Virus record (IMG/VR): IMGVR_UViG_3300040801_001224 | Location: 248,001 to 312,000 of that record | DNA length: 64,000 bases | Reading direction: 5' to 3' (one strand) | Shown here: piece after piece, positions 9,916 through 17,833 of the stretch | Numbering within the stretch: position 1 is the stretch's first letter | Layout: the number at the start of each line of letters is the position of its first letter | The notes under the pieces: model-generated | Database searches by the model: none | Told to the model about the DNA's origin: nothing | The model's input: only the letters and a program-made list of their open reading frames with translations | Position numbers and translations under genes: made by a program

Positions 9916-10165
9916 GGTTGTACATCACGACATCTTTGGTTATGAAATACCATTGAATGAAACTGTGTTAGTATCAGCACCTAGAATTGCCTTCAGAGAA
10001 ATCACAATATCCTACTTCACAGAAAAGTCTTGTGTTCAAGTTAAAAAGTACAAGACCCGCAAAGACAAAAAGATTTACCACAATCCAGACAGCATCATTG
10101 TTATGAACGATGAGCAACGAGAACGATATCAACAGAAAAAGTTCTGGTCACGTCTGAGTAAATAG
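9908..10165 (+). CDS. hypothetical protein
   Basis: ORF 9872..10165; GTG 9908 after GGGAG. Confidence 0.55.
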   Translation: MSKVVHHDIFGYEIPLNETVLVSAPRIAFREITISYFTEKSCVQVKKYKTRKDKKIYHNPDSIIVMNDEQRERYQQKKFWSRLSK

Positions 10166-10245
10166 CTCAAATTAACAGCCCAGTTATCAAAAATGTCTAA
10201 AACAGATAAATACATACAATAATGTAATAGTTGGGAGACTTTTAA

Positions 10246-11709
10246 ATGATTCGAGCAAATAATTGGTACGTGCCTCAAGGCCAGGTAATAATACGCAATG
10301 TTAGCGATTTTATTACGACATCAGGCGGCACTCTTGGCACTGACGTGAGAACGACACTGTGGACAGATCCAATCACACACGGGATGAACATATCATTTGG
10401 GGGATTGGTTAATGCTCAGGCTTTCTTTACTAACGGTGGGCAGATTCGCTTTAGCGCGGATCGTGTTGGCGGTAGCACCAATGACCAGAATACGTCAATC
10501 ACTAACATGCTTGCTAACATCGGCACAGTTATTCTTGATGCCAACGAAACGACTAAGACCGGTGTCCTGGGTTCCGGAACTACGATTGGCTATAACGACC
10601 TAACTAATACATACCAAACAATTTTTACCGCTAATAGCACAACGTCAAACTACACTCTTGATGAGTACAAAATTGAAGCAAAAATTTTCCCAGCATCAGG
10701 TGTTCTTGACGTACTGATTACGATTACTGATGACAGTGACAATGTTGTAGATGAGTCAGTAGATGGCACACTTACTTCCTACATTGACTATCGACGTAGC
10801 GTAAATGATGCTAATCCATCGTATGCTGTGACTGATCCGTTAGAAGGCCAGGAAGGCGGCGAAGGTGGTGAAGGCGGCCCAACTAGTTTCGACGAGGCAA
10901 TGGTTGCCGCAAGTCCTATTAACTGGTGGAGATTAGACGAAACTACAGGCACAGTGGCAGTTGATAGTCAGGGCAACTCCAACTTATCAACAGTTAATAC
11001 TGATTTCACAGATAGTTTCGACGGTTTCGTTGTTTCAACTTCGAGTACTAGAGCAGATGGTGTGGGTAAATCATTTACTCTTGCTAATGCTGATAATGTT
11101 GACAACGCAAGATTCGATATTGTAGGCACTCAAGTTCCGGTGACTGCGACCACAACATTACAAGATGGTGACTTCACGTTTACGTTAGCGGCAGAGAAAC
11201 ATAACTCTGCTGATTCGGGAGTATCTAACGCATCGCTAATCTCTCTTGTTAATACAACGATAAATGACTACCAATTTAGAATTTACTATCATGGCGGTAC
11301 GGATCAGTTACGAATTGAATCAAGAGCTGATAGTGTTTTAAGAACTGGTGTTCTAGTGTCAAACTGTAGCACGTGGCAGTCTCCAGTTAATTATGATGGC
11401 GATGTAGCAAAATTCATAACTATTGAATGTGATACTACAAATAACCAAATTCAAACATGGTTTGATTCAACACTTGCAGGCACACTAGATATCACTGGTT
11501 GGAGTTCTAATTGGAGATCGGACGATACAAATGAAATTGTGGTAACCGGCTTAAATATAGGTAATGATGACATACTGGGGTCAACCTGGTGGGGAGCAGT
11601 TGACGAAATTGCTTACTTCAACAAGACAATGACAGGCGGTATTGGAACTGGCACTGGCGGTGAATGGGAGTATATATATTCGTACTGGGCATCTAATACA
11701 GCGCCATAG
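10246..11709 (+). CDS. virion structural protein, N-terminal attachment domain plus LamG/concanavalin-like domain
   Basis: PINWWRLDET..A.D..G and GAVDEIAYFN LamG motifs; Thr/Gly/Asn-rich; GATAAATA upstream. Confidence 0.7.
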   Translation: MIRANNWYVPQGQVIIRNVSDFITTSGGTLGTDVRTTLWTDPITHGMNISFGGLVNAQAFFTNGGQIRFSADRVGGSTNDQNTSITNMLANIGTVILDANETTKTGVLGSGTTIGYNDLTNTYQTIFTANSTTSNYTLDEYKIEAKIFPASGVLDVLITITDDSDNVVDESVDGTLTSYIDYRRSVNDANPSYAVTDPLEGQEGGEGGEGGPTSFDEAMVAASPINWWRLDETTGTVAVDSQGNSNLSTVNTDFTDSFDGFVVSTSSTRADGVGKSFTLANADNVDNARFDIVGTQVPVTATTTLQDGDFTFTLAAEKHNSADSGVSNASLISLVNTTINDYQFRIYYHGGTDQLRIESRADSVLRTGVLVSNCSTWQSPVNYDGDVAKFITIECDTTNNQIQTWFDSTLAGTLDITGWSSNWRSDDTNEIVVTGLNIGNDDILGSTWWGAVDEIAYFNKTMTGGIGTGTGGEWEYIYSYWASNTAP

Positions 11710-11731
11710 CTGTTACTACACAGTGTAAGAT

Positions 11732-11759
11732 AAAGAGCCGGCTATAAGTCGGCTTTTTT
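11732..11759 (+). terminator. intrinsic terminator
   Basis: AGCCGGC-tataa-GTCGGCT followed by T6. Confidence 0.85.
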
Positions 11760-11771
11760 ATTGATGAAAGG

Positions 11772-11800
11772 TTGACAGGACCACTTTTTTAGCATATAAT
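11772..11800 (+). promoter_or_regulatory. sigma70-type early promoter with CCAC box
   Basis: TTGACA-17-TATAAT. Confidence 0.8.
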
Positions 11801-11864
11801 ACACGAAATTAACGTTTTTACCGTTATTAGATAGAAAAAAATTCGATAAAGGTAAATAAAAGTG

Positions 11865-11893
11865 TTGACAAGCACTATTTGTGGTGCTATAAT
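11865..11893 (+). promoter_or_regulatory. sigma70-type early promoter (tandem with 11772)
   Basis: TTGACA-17-TATAAT. Confidence 0.8.
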
Positions 11894-11930
11894 ACAACAC
11901 ATAAACTTAATGAAGGAATTGGTAAATTCA

Positions 11931-12089
11931 ATGAAAACTACAGCGATACAACATAACTTATTTAGACATTCGAATCAGGGATGGGCTATCGCTACGGTAC
12001 AACTTCGCGGCTCAGAGTGTGAGATGATTAGTCCGAAGTATGATGATACCAGAGCTTCTTTAATATGTGTGAGGGACATTAGAAAATAA
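11931..12089 (+). CDS. possible small protein
   Basis: part of ORF 11862..12089 downstream of promoters, AAGGA SD, terminator after. Confidence 0.4.
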   Translation: MKTTAIQHNLFRHSNQGWAIATVQLRGSECEMISPKYDDTRASLICVRDIRK

Positions 12090-12122
12090 ACCTCAAAGTC
12101 AACAAGAGAACATATATTAAAG

Positions 12123-12147
12123 AAGCAACCAGAAGGTTGCTTTTTTT
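12123..12147 (+). terminator. intrinsic terminator
   Basis: AAGCAACC-agaa-GGTTGCTT plus T-run. Confidence 0.85.
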
Positions 12148-12372
12148 ATGTCTACAGAAAAGTAGTAAAAATCCAGAGACCTAGGTCTGTAAGCTAGGGA
12201 GCATTAGAAGAGACATCTTCTATTCGGGGAGGGCAACAAGACTCTTGTGTCGGACACCAATCCTGCTATATTTTACATATTATTCTAAAATAGTGATAAA
12301 TAGGAATAAGCGTAAGATAAGGTGCTACCAACACCTTACCCTACTAAACATAACAATAATTGGAGTATTATT

Positions 12373-13242
12373 ATGCCTACTACTATTTATCAAGACTGGA
12401 ATCCACGTCACTATTATATTATAAGAAATAAAACCTCTGGAAAACTATACATTGGCCAAACTATAAGAATAATTTTAGAAGAATATTTAGGATCTGGAGA
12501 ATATTGGAAATCACACTGTGAACGCAATGGTGGCTATAATAAAGAAAATATTGAGGTATTATACAACAAATACTACGAAGATAAAAATAAAGCACAGCAG
12601 TTTTTAGACGAAGTATATGAGAAAGAAGGAAGATATTGGGATAAAGGAAACACTAAATGGGCAAATTTGATGCCTGAAACTACATCTGCATATGACCCAT
12701 TGGTTATGTCTGAGATACAAAAAAGAAGAATTGAAAATGGAACACATCATTTATTGAAAGAAAATCGCAAGGTTCTACATACTTCGACTGAATTAACTCC
12801 CGAGCAAGCAAGAAGTATGGCGTCAAAAAGAATTGAAGGCGGAACACATAACATTGGATGCGGGAAAGTATATTGTGTGACCAGAACTGGAGAAATTGTC
12901 AATATTGATGTAGATGTATACGAAGCACAGCAAGGAGAAATGTGCGATTGGGATTATGTTAGGCCTAACTCTAATGAGGGTAGAAACCGTACTGGAAAGG
13001 TAAAACCAGAAATATCTGATGAAACAAAGAACAAATTAAGGCACGTTCAAATGAAACAAATTGAGTCAGGTAACCACAACTTAAAAGGTAGTGTCACTTG
13101 CCGCAATAAAAAGGGAAAAGTAGTCCAGGTTCCAAAAGAAATATATTATGCCCAAGTTGGGACATATTGTGATAGAGAATATGTCACAATAGGATCTATT
13201 GAGGGTAGAAGAAGAGCAGGAAAACCTCCGCGCTATCAATAA
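12373..13242 (+). mobile_element. free-standing GIY-YIG (Seg-like) homing endonuclease gene
   Basis: YYIIRNKTSGKLYIGQT, YLGSG, WANL; repeated C-terminal G.HN/HL modules. Confidence 0.85.
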
Positions 13243-13343
13243 AAACTCGTGTAGTGATCCTGAAGAGTTGAATGCTGCCTGGTTAGTCAGCCAGGAATAA
13301 GGAGTAGTTGTAAAACTAAATTTAACTTTTTTATTTTATAAAG

Positions 13344-13536
13344 AGTTTATTTAAATATACTAAGTAGCAAACATCGTTTATATTAAAACCTTGGGTAAGA
13401 TGTTGGACATTAGTTTAATTGGCAGAACGCTTGCTGGCTGGATAAGACCTTAGGAGTCATGACCTATCGTTGCTCCGATAGCTGGCTTGAAGTGGGGTTC
13501 GAGTCCCCGTGCCCACTTAGTATATTTAAATAAACT
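13344..13536 (+). ncRNA. tRNA-like RNA with central insertion, enclosed by a 22-bp perfect inverted repeat
   Basis: 13344-13365 is the exact reverse complement of 13515-13536; D arm GTTTAATTGGCAGAAC and T arm GGGGTTCGAGTCCCC inside. Confidence 0.65.
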
Positions 13537-13542
13537 TTTAAT

Positions 13543-13621
13543 GGCGGCTATAGCTTAACAGGTTTAAAGCCCCTCTCTGTGAAAGAGGAAGATGTCGGGT
13601 CGGATCCGACTAGTCGCCCCA
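13543..13621 (+). tRNA. tRNA-His(GTG)
   Basis: G-1, C73, CCTCT-CTGTGAA-AGAGG, CCA; atypical T loop GTCGGAT. Confidence 0.9.
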
Positions 13622-13627
13622 AACAAC

Positions 13628-13703
13628 GGTAATGTAGCTCAGTGGTAGTAGCACATGATTCATACTCATGCGGTCGTTGGTTCAAATCCAACCATTACCA
13701 CCA
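13628..13703 (+). tRNA. tRNA with CAT anticodon (probably elongator Met)
   Basis: cloverleaf, CATGA-TTCATAC-TCATG, CCA. Confidence 0.9.
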
Positions 13704-13710
13704 AATTTAT

Positions 13711-13783
13711 ACTCTGTTGGAGAAACCGGTTATCTCGTCAGACTTTCAATCTGGAATTACGGGTTCGAGCCCCGTACAGAGTG
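13711..13783 (+). tRNA. tRNA-Glu(TTC), no encoded CCA
   Basis: ACTCTGT/ACAGAGT, TCAGA-CTTTCAA-TCTGG. Confidence 0.9.
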
Positions 13784-13794
13784 CAAACTATTAC

Positions 13795-13823
13795 TTGACA
13801 TTACCACTTTTTAATAGTATAAT
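13795..13823 (+). promoter_or_regulatory. sigma70-type early promoter with CCAC box
   Basis: TTGACA-17-TATAAT. Confidence 0.85.
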
Positions 13824-13842
13824 GTCAATATTAAGAAGTAAG

Positions 13843-14003
13843 TGTGTTTACAGGGTGTGAAGGCATGGGAAACGACATGCCGACAAATTCTCGAATGTCA
13901 GAGATAGGCACTGGTGTTTGAGAATGGATAAAGCCTCACCGCCTAAGAGCCATGAGCTCTATTGAGGTTGCTGGTTAGATTCCAGCCGCACCCTGTAAAC
14001 ACA
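13843..14003 (+). ncRNA. structured RNA with 15-bp closing stem and T-arm-like hairpin
   Basis: 13843-13857 pairs perfectly with 13989-14003; GGCATG/CATGCC; GCTGG-TTAGATT-CCAGC; own promoter. Confidence 0.7.
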
Positions 14004-14216
14004 TTAAGATAATGGTCTAAGCTGACCGTCGCGACAACCGATATGCTAAGTAACTGATTTAGCGGTTAGTGAAACACATAGAGGACAATGCTTCAAGGAG
14101 GATTTCCACTGCCTTGTAAAACAAAACGGTGGAGCCAAATTCAATGGGACCTCCCTGGTGATATATTACGCAAACGTCATAGTTTGTTAGCGCAACCATA
14201 GGCCCGCCAAATTTAA

Positions 14217-14293
14217 GGGGATGTAGCATAGTTGGTTAATGCGCCGGCCTGTCACGTCGGAGACCGCGAGTTCAAGTCTCGTCATTCCCGCCA
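14217..14293 (+). tRNA. tRNA-Asp(GTC)
   Basis: cloverleaf, CCGGC-CTGTCAC-GTCGG, CCA. Confidence 0.95.
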
Positions 14294-14300
14294 ATTTTAA

Positions 14301-14391
14301 GGAAGGTACCGCTAAGTGGCTGGCAACCTGGTTTGAACCCAGGGGCGTTGATTGAGAGTCGGCGGGGGTTCGATTCCTCTACCTTCCTCCA
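14301..14391 (+). tRNA. tRNA-Ser(TGA)
   Basis: CCTGG-TTTGAAC-CCAGG, long variable arm, CCA. Confidence 0.92.
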
Positions 14392-14559
14392 AACCGGTAA
14401 CCGTTAGTATCTAGACTATGTGAGGCACCACAGACGTGGCGAACGGTTAGCATAGTTGACCAATAGGTGGTGGAGAATGCCACTGGGACGGTTTAATGCT
14501 GTCGCAAGACCGCTATAGGGGAGCAACGATACTGAGAGTGCGAACCCCACCAATTTTAT

Positions 14560-14650
14560 AGTAGGTTGCCAGAGTTGGTCTATTGGCGCGGACTGCTAAT
14601 CCGTTGGGTTCTAACGAGCCACGTGGGTTCGAATCCCACACCTACTGCCA
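14560..14650 (+). tRNA. tRNA-Ser(GCT)
   Basis: GCGGA-CTGCTAA-TCCGT, long variable arm, GCCA. Confidence 0.92.
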
Positions 14651-14656
14651 AATAAT

Positions 14657-14743
14657 GTATGTGCGTCAGAGTTGGAGAGCTGAAGCGGACTGTAAACCCG
14701 TTGCCAAAGTGCTGAATAGGTTCGATTCCTATCACATACACCA
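14657..14743 (+). tRNA. tRNA-Tyr(GTA)
   Basis: GCGGA-CTGTAAA-CCCGT, long variable arm, CCA. Confidence 0.92.
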
Positions 14744-14820
14744 AATTTCGTTTACGTAGGCTTTCGATATAAGCCCGGGGGGAAGCATGAAACCCCCTCA
14801 AGAACATGCTTATCTTTAAT

Positions 14821-14898
14821 GCGTCTATAGTGTTCAACGGCTCAGCACGTTAGGCTTCCACCCTGAAAGTTTCGGTTCGAATCCGAATAGACGCTCCA
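14821..14898 (+). tRNA. tRNA-Gly(TCC)
   Basis: GCGTCTA/TAGACGC, CTTCCAC loop, TCCA. Confidence 0.92.
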
Positions 14899-14983
14899 AT
14901 TTTTCTTGCCGATGTGGTGTACAACACATCATTAAATAATGCCATACACGTAAAGTCACTGTGGGGGCAAGAACATTTTATAT

Positions 14984-15058
14984 GGGTCACGGTCTGGGTA
15001 ACCGGGTTGGTCTCCAAAACCGACTGTCTGCCAATTTCGATTATTGGGTGGCCCGCCA
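14984..15058 (+). tRNA. tRNA-Trp(CCA), degenerate D and T arms
   Basis: GGGTCAC/GTGGCCC, TTGGT-CTCCAAA-ACCGA, GCCA. Confidence 0.7.
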
Positions 15059-15143
15059 ATTTTAATGAGAGGAAACAAAGGATGAAACCTGGTAAGATCT
15101 AGGCGGACAACATACAGTCCGCCATATAAATTAAATATATGAC

Positions 15144-15220
15144 GGACTCATAGCTCAATTTGGTAGAGCCCCGGTCTTTTAAATCGGTTGTTCCAGGTTC
15201 GAGGCCTGGTGGGTCCACCA
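15144..15220 (+). tRNA. tRNA-Lys(TTT)
   Basis: CCGGT-CTTTTAA-ATCGG, CCA. Confidence 0.93.
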
Positions 15221-15336
15221 ATTTTTATCTTCGCAGACCTGTAACCATATTCTGCCTCCGCCGTCGACGAAAACAGGATGGGCTGTCGGCGCAAGGTTTG
15301 TAGTTATCCTGACCCAAAACTACATCCATTTTCTGT

Positions 15337-15419
15337 CGCAGGCGAGTGGAACGGATATATAAACCATACCGGGCTCATAACCCGTGTGATACTGGGTTCG
15401 ACTCCCAGGTCTGCTACCA
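15337..15419 (+). tRNA. initiator tRNA-fMet(CAT)
   Basis: unpaired C1, GGG/CCC anticodon stem, enlarged D loop. Confidence 0.85.
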
Positions 15420-15421
15420 AT

Positions 15422-15497
15422 GGAGAGTTAGCTTTGTAGGTCAAAGCGTCCGGTTGAAGCCCGGAAGAACCTGGTTCGAATCCTGGACTCTCCACCA
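15422..15497 (+). tRNA. tRNA-Phe(GAA)
   Basis: TCCGG-TTGAAGC-CCGGA, CCA. Confidence 0.9.
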
Positions 15498-15516
15498 AAT
15501 TTAGATAAATAGTGTT

Positions 15517-15993
15517 ATGCGATTAGATGAGATACTAAAAGAAGAAACACAGATACAATTCGGATCAGCATTTATGAATCCAGTGACTAAAGATAAGACG
15601 AAATTATTTTTAGACAGCGAATTGTATATAGACCAGGAAGGCAAAGAATTCAAAAGTTGGTGGAGCAATCCAGAACAACATTTTAAGAATGGCGGTGTTT
15701 TTGCTGTGGCATATGCAGATGGAGAACCAGTAGGCGTTGGTGTCATAAAACTACCTGACGAAGTGCTTAGTGGTGAAGTAGATGGCAAGGAAATCGCGTA
15801 TATAGGAGTAGTCGGATTCTTAGTAAAAGAAGAATTTAGAAACTATGGGTTAGCAACACGGTTGGCTTATCTACTCGAAAACAAAATACTTAGTGTATAC
15901 AATCTTCCAGACAATACTACGCCAATTGTAGTTTGTACTGGCAAAGCCTGTGAAGTAGCACAGAATTTCAAAAGAATACAAATCGAAAAATAA
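15517..15993 (+). CDS. GNAT-family acetyltransferase-like protein with short MRLDEILKE leader
   Basis: FLVKEEFRNYGLATRL resembles GNAT motif A; GATAAATA at 15504. Confidence 0.7.
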   Translation: MRLDEILKEETQIQFGSAFMNPVTKDKTKLFLDSELYIDQEGKEFKSWWSNPEQHFKNGGVFAVAYADGEPVGVGVIKLPDEVLSGEVDGKEIAYIGVVGFLVKEEFRNYGLATRLAYLLENKILSVYNLPDNTTPIVVCTGKACEVAQNFKRIQIEK

Positions 15994-16051
15994 CAATATA
16001 TTGACAACGCCACTTACTTGTGTTATTATAATAATATAAGGAGAAGATGTT

Positions 16052-16249
16052 ATGATATATGAAAGCTCAAAAGACTACGGTACCGGTGAAGTCACCCTAC
16101 TGTTTGATAATCGAACACCATCCTATACGGAAATATCAGAGCATGTTGAGGAGAACTATTCAATGACGTCCTTCTCATACATGATTGAGGAACCTACCGA
16201 ATATAATGGTCTGGTAAATCCTGGTATAGTGAGGGTAATTCAACAATGA
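16052..16249 (+). CDS. hypothetical protein
   Basis: ORF track; promoter TTGACA at 16001; AAGGAG SD. Confidence 0.65.
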   Translation: MIYESSKDYGTGEVTLLFDNRTPSYTEISEHVEENYSMTSFSYMIEEPTEYNGLVNPGIVRVIQQ

Positions 16250-16428
16250 AATTCCAAGTTACTGTAATAGAAAGCGAACGTGGCTGGGGTCAAAAGATTG
16301 ACGAAGTCCGTGAGTTCAACAGTGCTGACAAAGCATGGAAATTTTACGATGAAGTAAACAGCAGAAATACAGAACGTACTGCTCCAGACATATACTGGCA
16401 AGCACAGCCGCCAGTAAGAATAGAATAA
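16246..16428 (+). CDS. hypothetical protein
   Basis: ORF track; ATGA coupling. Confidence 0.65.
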   Translation: MKFQVTVIESERGWGQKIDEVREFNSADKAWKFYDEVNSRNTERTAPDIYWQAQPPVRIE

Positions 16429-16429
16429 T

Positions 16430-16505
16430 AGTCCCGTAGCTCAGTCAGGAGAGCGCAGAGCTGATAACTCTGAGGTCGCAGGAGCAAAGCCTGCCGGGAC
16501 TACCA
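16430..16505 (+). tRNA. tRNA-Ile(GAT), atypical T loop AGCAAAG
   Basis: CAGAG-CTGATAA-CTCTG, CCA. Confidence 0.85.
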
Positions 16506-16512
16506 ATTTAAC

Positions 16513-16587
16513 GCCGAGTGGTCTGGATGTTTAGGTGCTGGTCTGCAAAACCATGTTAACAGGGTTAGATTCCCTGACTCGGCTCCA
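16513..16587 (+). tRNA. tRNA-Cys(GCA)
   Basis: GCCGAGT/ACTCGGC, CTGCAAA loop, TCCA. Confidence 0.88.
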
Positions 16588-16588
16588 A

Positions 16589-16665
16589 GCCCCTATAGCT
16601 TAACTGGTTAAAGCGTCGAGCTCATAACTCGGGGAGTCCTTGTTCGAATCAAGGTGGGGGCACCA
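16589..16665 (+). tRNA. tRNA with CAT anticodon (probably Ile2)
   Basis: GCCCCTA acceptor resembles Ile2; CTCATAA loop. Confidence 0.88.
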
Positions 16666-16672
16666 ATTTTTT

Positions 16673-16830
16673 TAACTTGTGCCGGAACTGGTATACGGGG
16701 GTGTGGTCTCAGTCAATATGAATAGGGTTGTGAATAAAGAATAGCAACTCTTGTACCCAGGGCGAAAACCACCAGGCGGTAAGCAGTACAACGCAAAACG
16801 CCATTGTAGGTTCAAATCCTACCAAGTTAA
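16673..16830 (+). tRNA. class II (Leu/Ser-type) tRNA gene with about 53-nt insertion in the anticodon loop
   Basis: TAACTTG/CAAGTTA acceptor, Leu-type D arm, GTAGG-TTCAAAT-CCTAC, GTGGT/ACCAC stem enclosing 60 nt. Confidence 0.65.
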
Positions 16831-16902
16831 TTATGCGCGGTCCACGTTCCTCGCTGTAACTTTTGTTACATAGGTTGTGATTATGGCGGCGCACCATTTT
16901 AT

Positions 16903-16976
16903 AGGGTCATAGTGTAATGGTAACACCCGAGATTTTGATTCTCGTATTCCAGATTCGAGTTCTGGTGACCCTGCCA
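16903..16976 (+). tRNA. tRNA-Gln(TTG)
   Basis: CGAGA-TTTTGAT-TCTCG, GCCA. Confidence 0.93.
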
Positions 16977-17005
16977 ATTTTACGCAGTTCGTGGTAAATA
17001 CAGTT

Positions 17006-17392
17006 ATGTGTACCCTGACGAACTTTTGTGTATTAGATGACATCGACGGCATCACAATCATATGTTTAACAGACGATATGAGTCAACAAGATGCCATGCT
17101 TCTTATCGATCACTTGAGGGAACACGAACTGTACCATTATCGTCTGTTGGATTTTAATCAGTATCCATGTCAGATGTCTTCAAAAGACATTGAAGCACTT
17201 GCTGAATACGACAAGAAGTTTCCAGAAAAAAACTATGGTGCTCTGATTGCTAAAGACAACCTAACATATGGTTTAATGAGAAAATATGCGGCCCATCGTG
17301 AAATGGATGATCTAGCAACTATACGTGTATTTAGGACCATGCGTGAAGGCATAGCGTGGTTAAAAAAGAAAAGACACGATCAAGATAAATAA
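17006..17392 (+). CDS. STAS/SpoIIAA-like protein, copy 1
   Basis: LLDF...A(L/I)IA....YG..R...RVF....G..WL pattern; paralog of next gene. Confidence 0.65.
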   Translation: MCTLTNFCVLDDIDGITIICLTDDMSQQDAMLLIDHLREHELYHYRLLDFNQYPCQMSSKDIEALAEYDKKFPEKNYGALIAKDNLTYGLMRKYAAHREMDDLATIRVFRTMREGIAWLKKKRHDQDK

Positions 17393-17396
17393 TACT

Positions 17397-17780
17397 ATGC
17401 TAATACATGACTTATACGACTTTAACTATGTCGATGGTATTCTTATGACTACCCTTAAACATAGCCCGACACTTGAGACAATCAGACAATTGGTTGATTA
17501 TCAGATCAAGACAGACCGTTATCGTTATCGTTTATTTGATTTTAATGGTTTTACTCCTGCTGAAATGAGGGCAAGTGAAGTCAGAAGATTAGCAGACTAT
17601 GATCGAGCATATCCAGAAGAAAGTTACTCAGCTATCATAGCTGATGACGCACTATTGTTTGGCATTGAACGCATGTTTGAAACCTACAGAGACCGCAGTG
17701 GTTATTCTCGAGTAAGAGTATTCAACGATAAAGAAAATGGTCTAACCTGGCTTAAATTACTACAAGCCAATAATTCTTAA
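17397..17780 (+). CDS. STAS/SpoIIAA-like protein, copy 2
   Basis: YRYRLFDFN, AIIADDALLFGIERMF, RVFNDKENGLTWL. Confidence 0.65.
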   Translation: MLIHDLYDFNYVDGILMTTLKHSPTLETIRQLVDYQIKTDRYRYRLFDFNGFTPAEMRASEVRRLADYDRAYPEESYSAIIADDALLFGIERMFETYRDRSGYSRVRVFNDKENGLTWLKLLQANNS

Positions 17781-17798
17781 AATCTTTTGAAAAAAAGG

Positions 17799-17827
17799 TT
17801 GACAAACCCATTATACTCTAGTATAAT
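17799..17827 (+). promoter_or_regulatory. sigma70-type promoter of the giant ncRNA
   Basis: TTGACA-17-TATAAT. Confidence 0.85.
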
Positions 17828-17833
17828 ACAATT

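Noticed and set aside
12150-13320. group I intron around the GIY-YIG gene
   Set aside because: No recognisable P7 core or interrupted host gene; treated as free-standing.
14014-14137. tmRNA
   Set aside because: No G3:U70 Ala acceptor with T-arm and no tag ORF; too short.
14777-14811. preQ1 riboswitch, given queE and queC in the genome
   Set aside because: Lacks the preQ1-I loop and A-rich tail and is not upstream of a coding gene.
15233-15301. HDV-like or theta ribozyme
   Set aside because: No P3/L3 module can be placed and it does not start at a tRNA 3' end.
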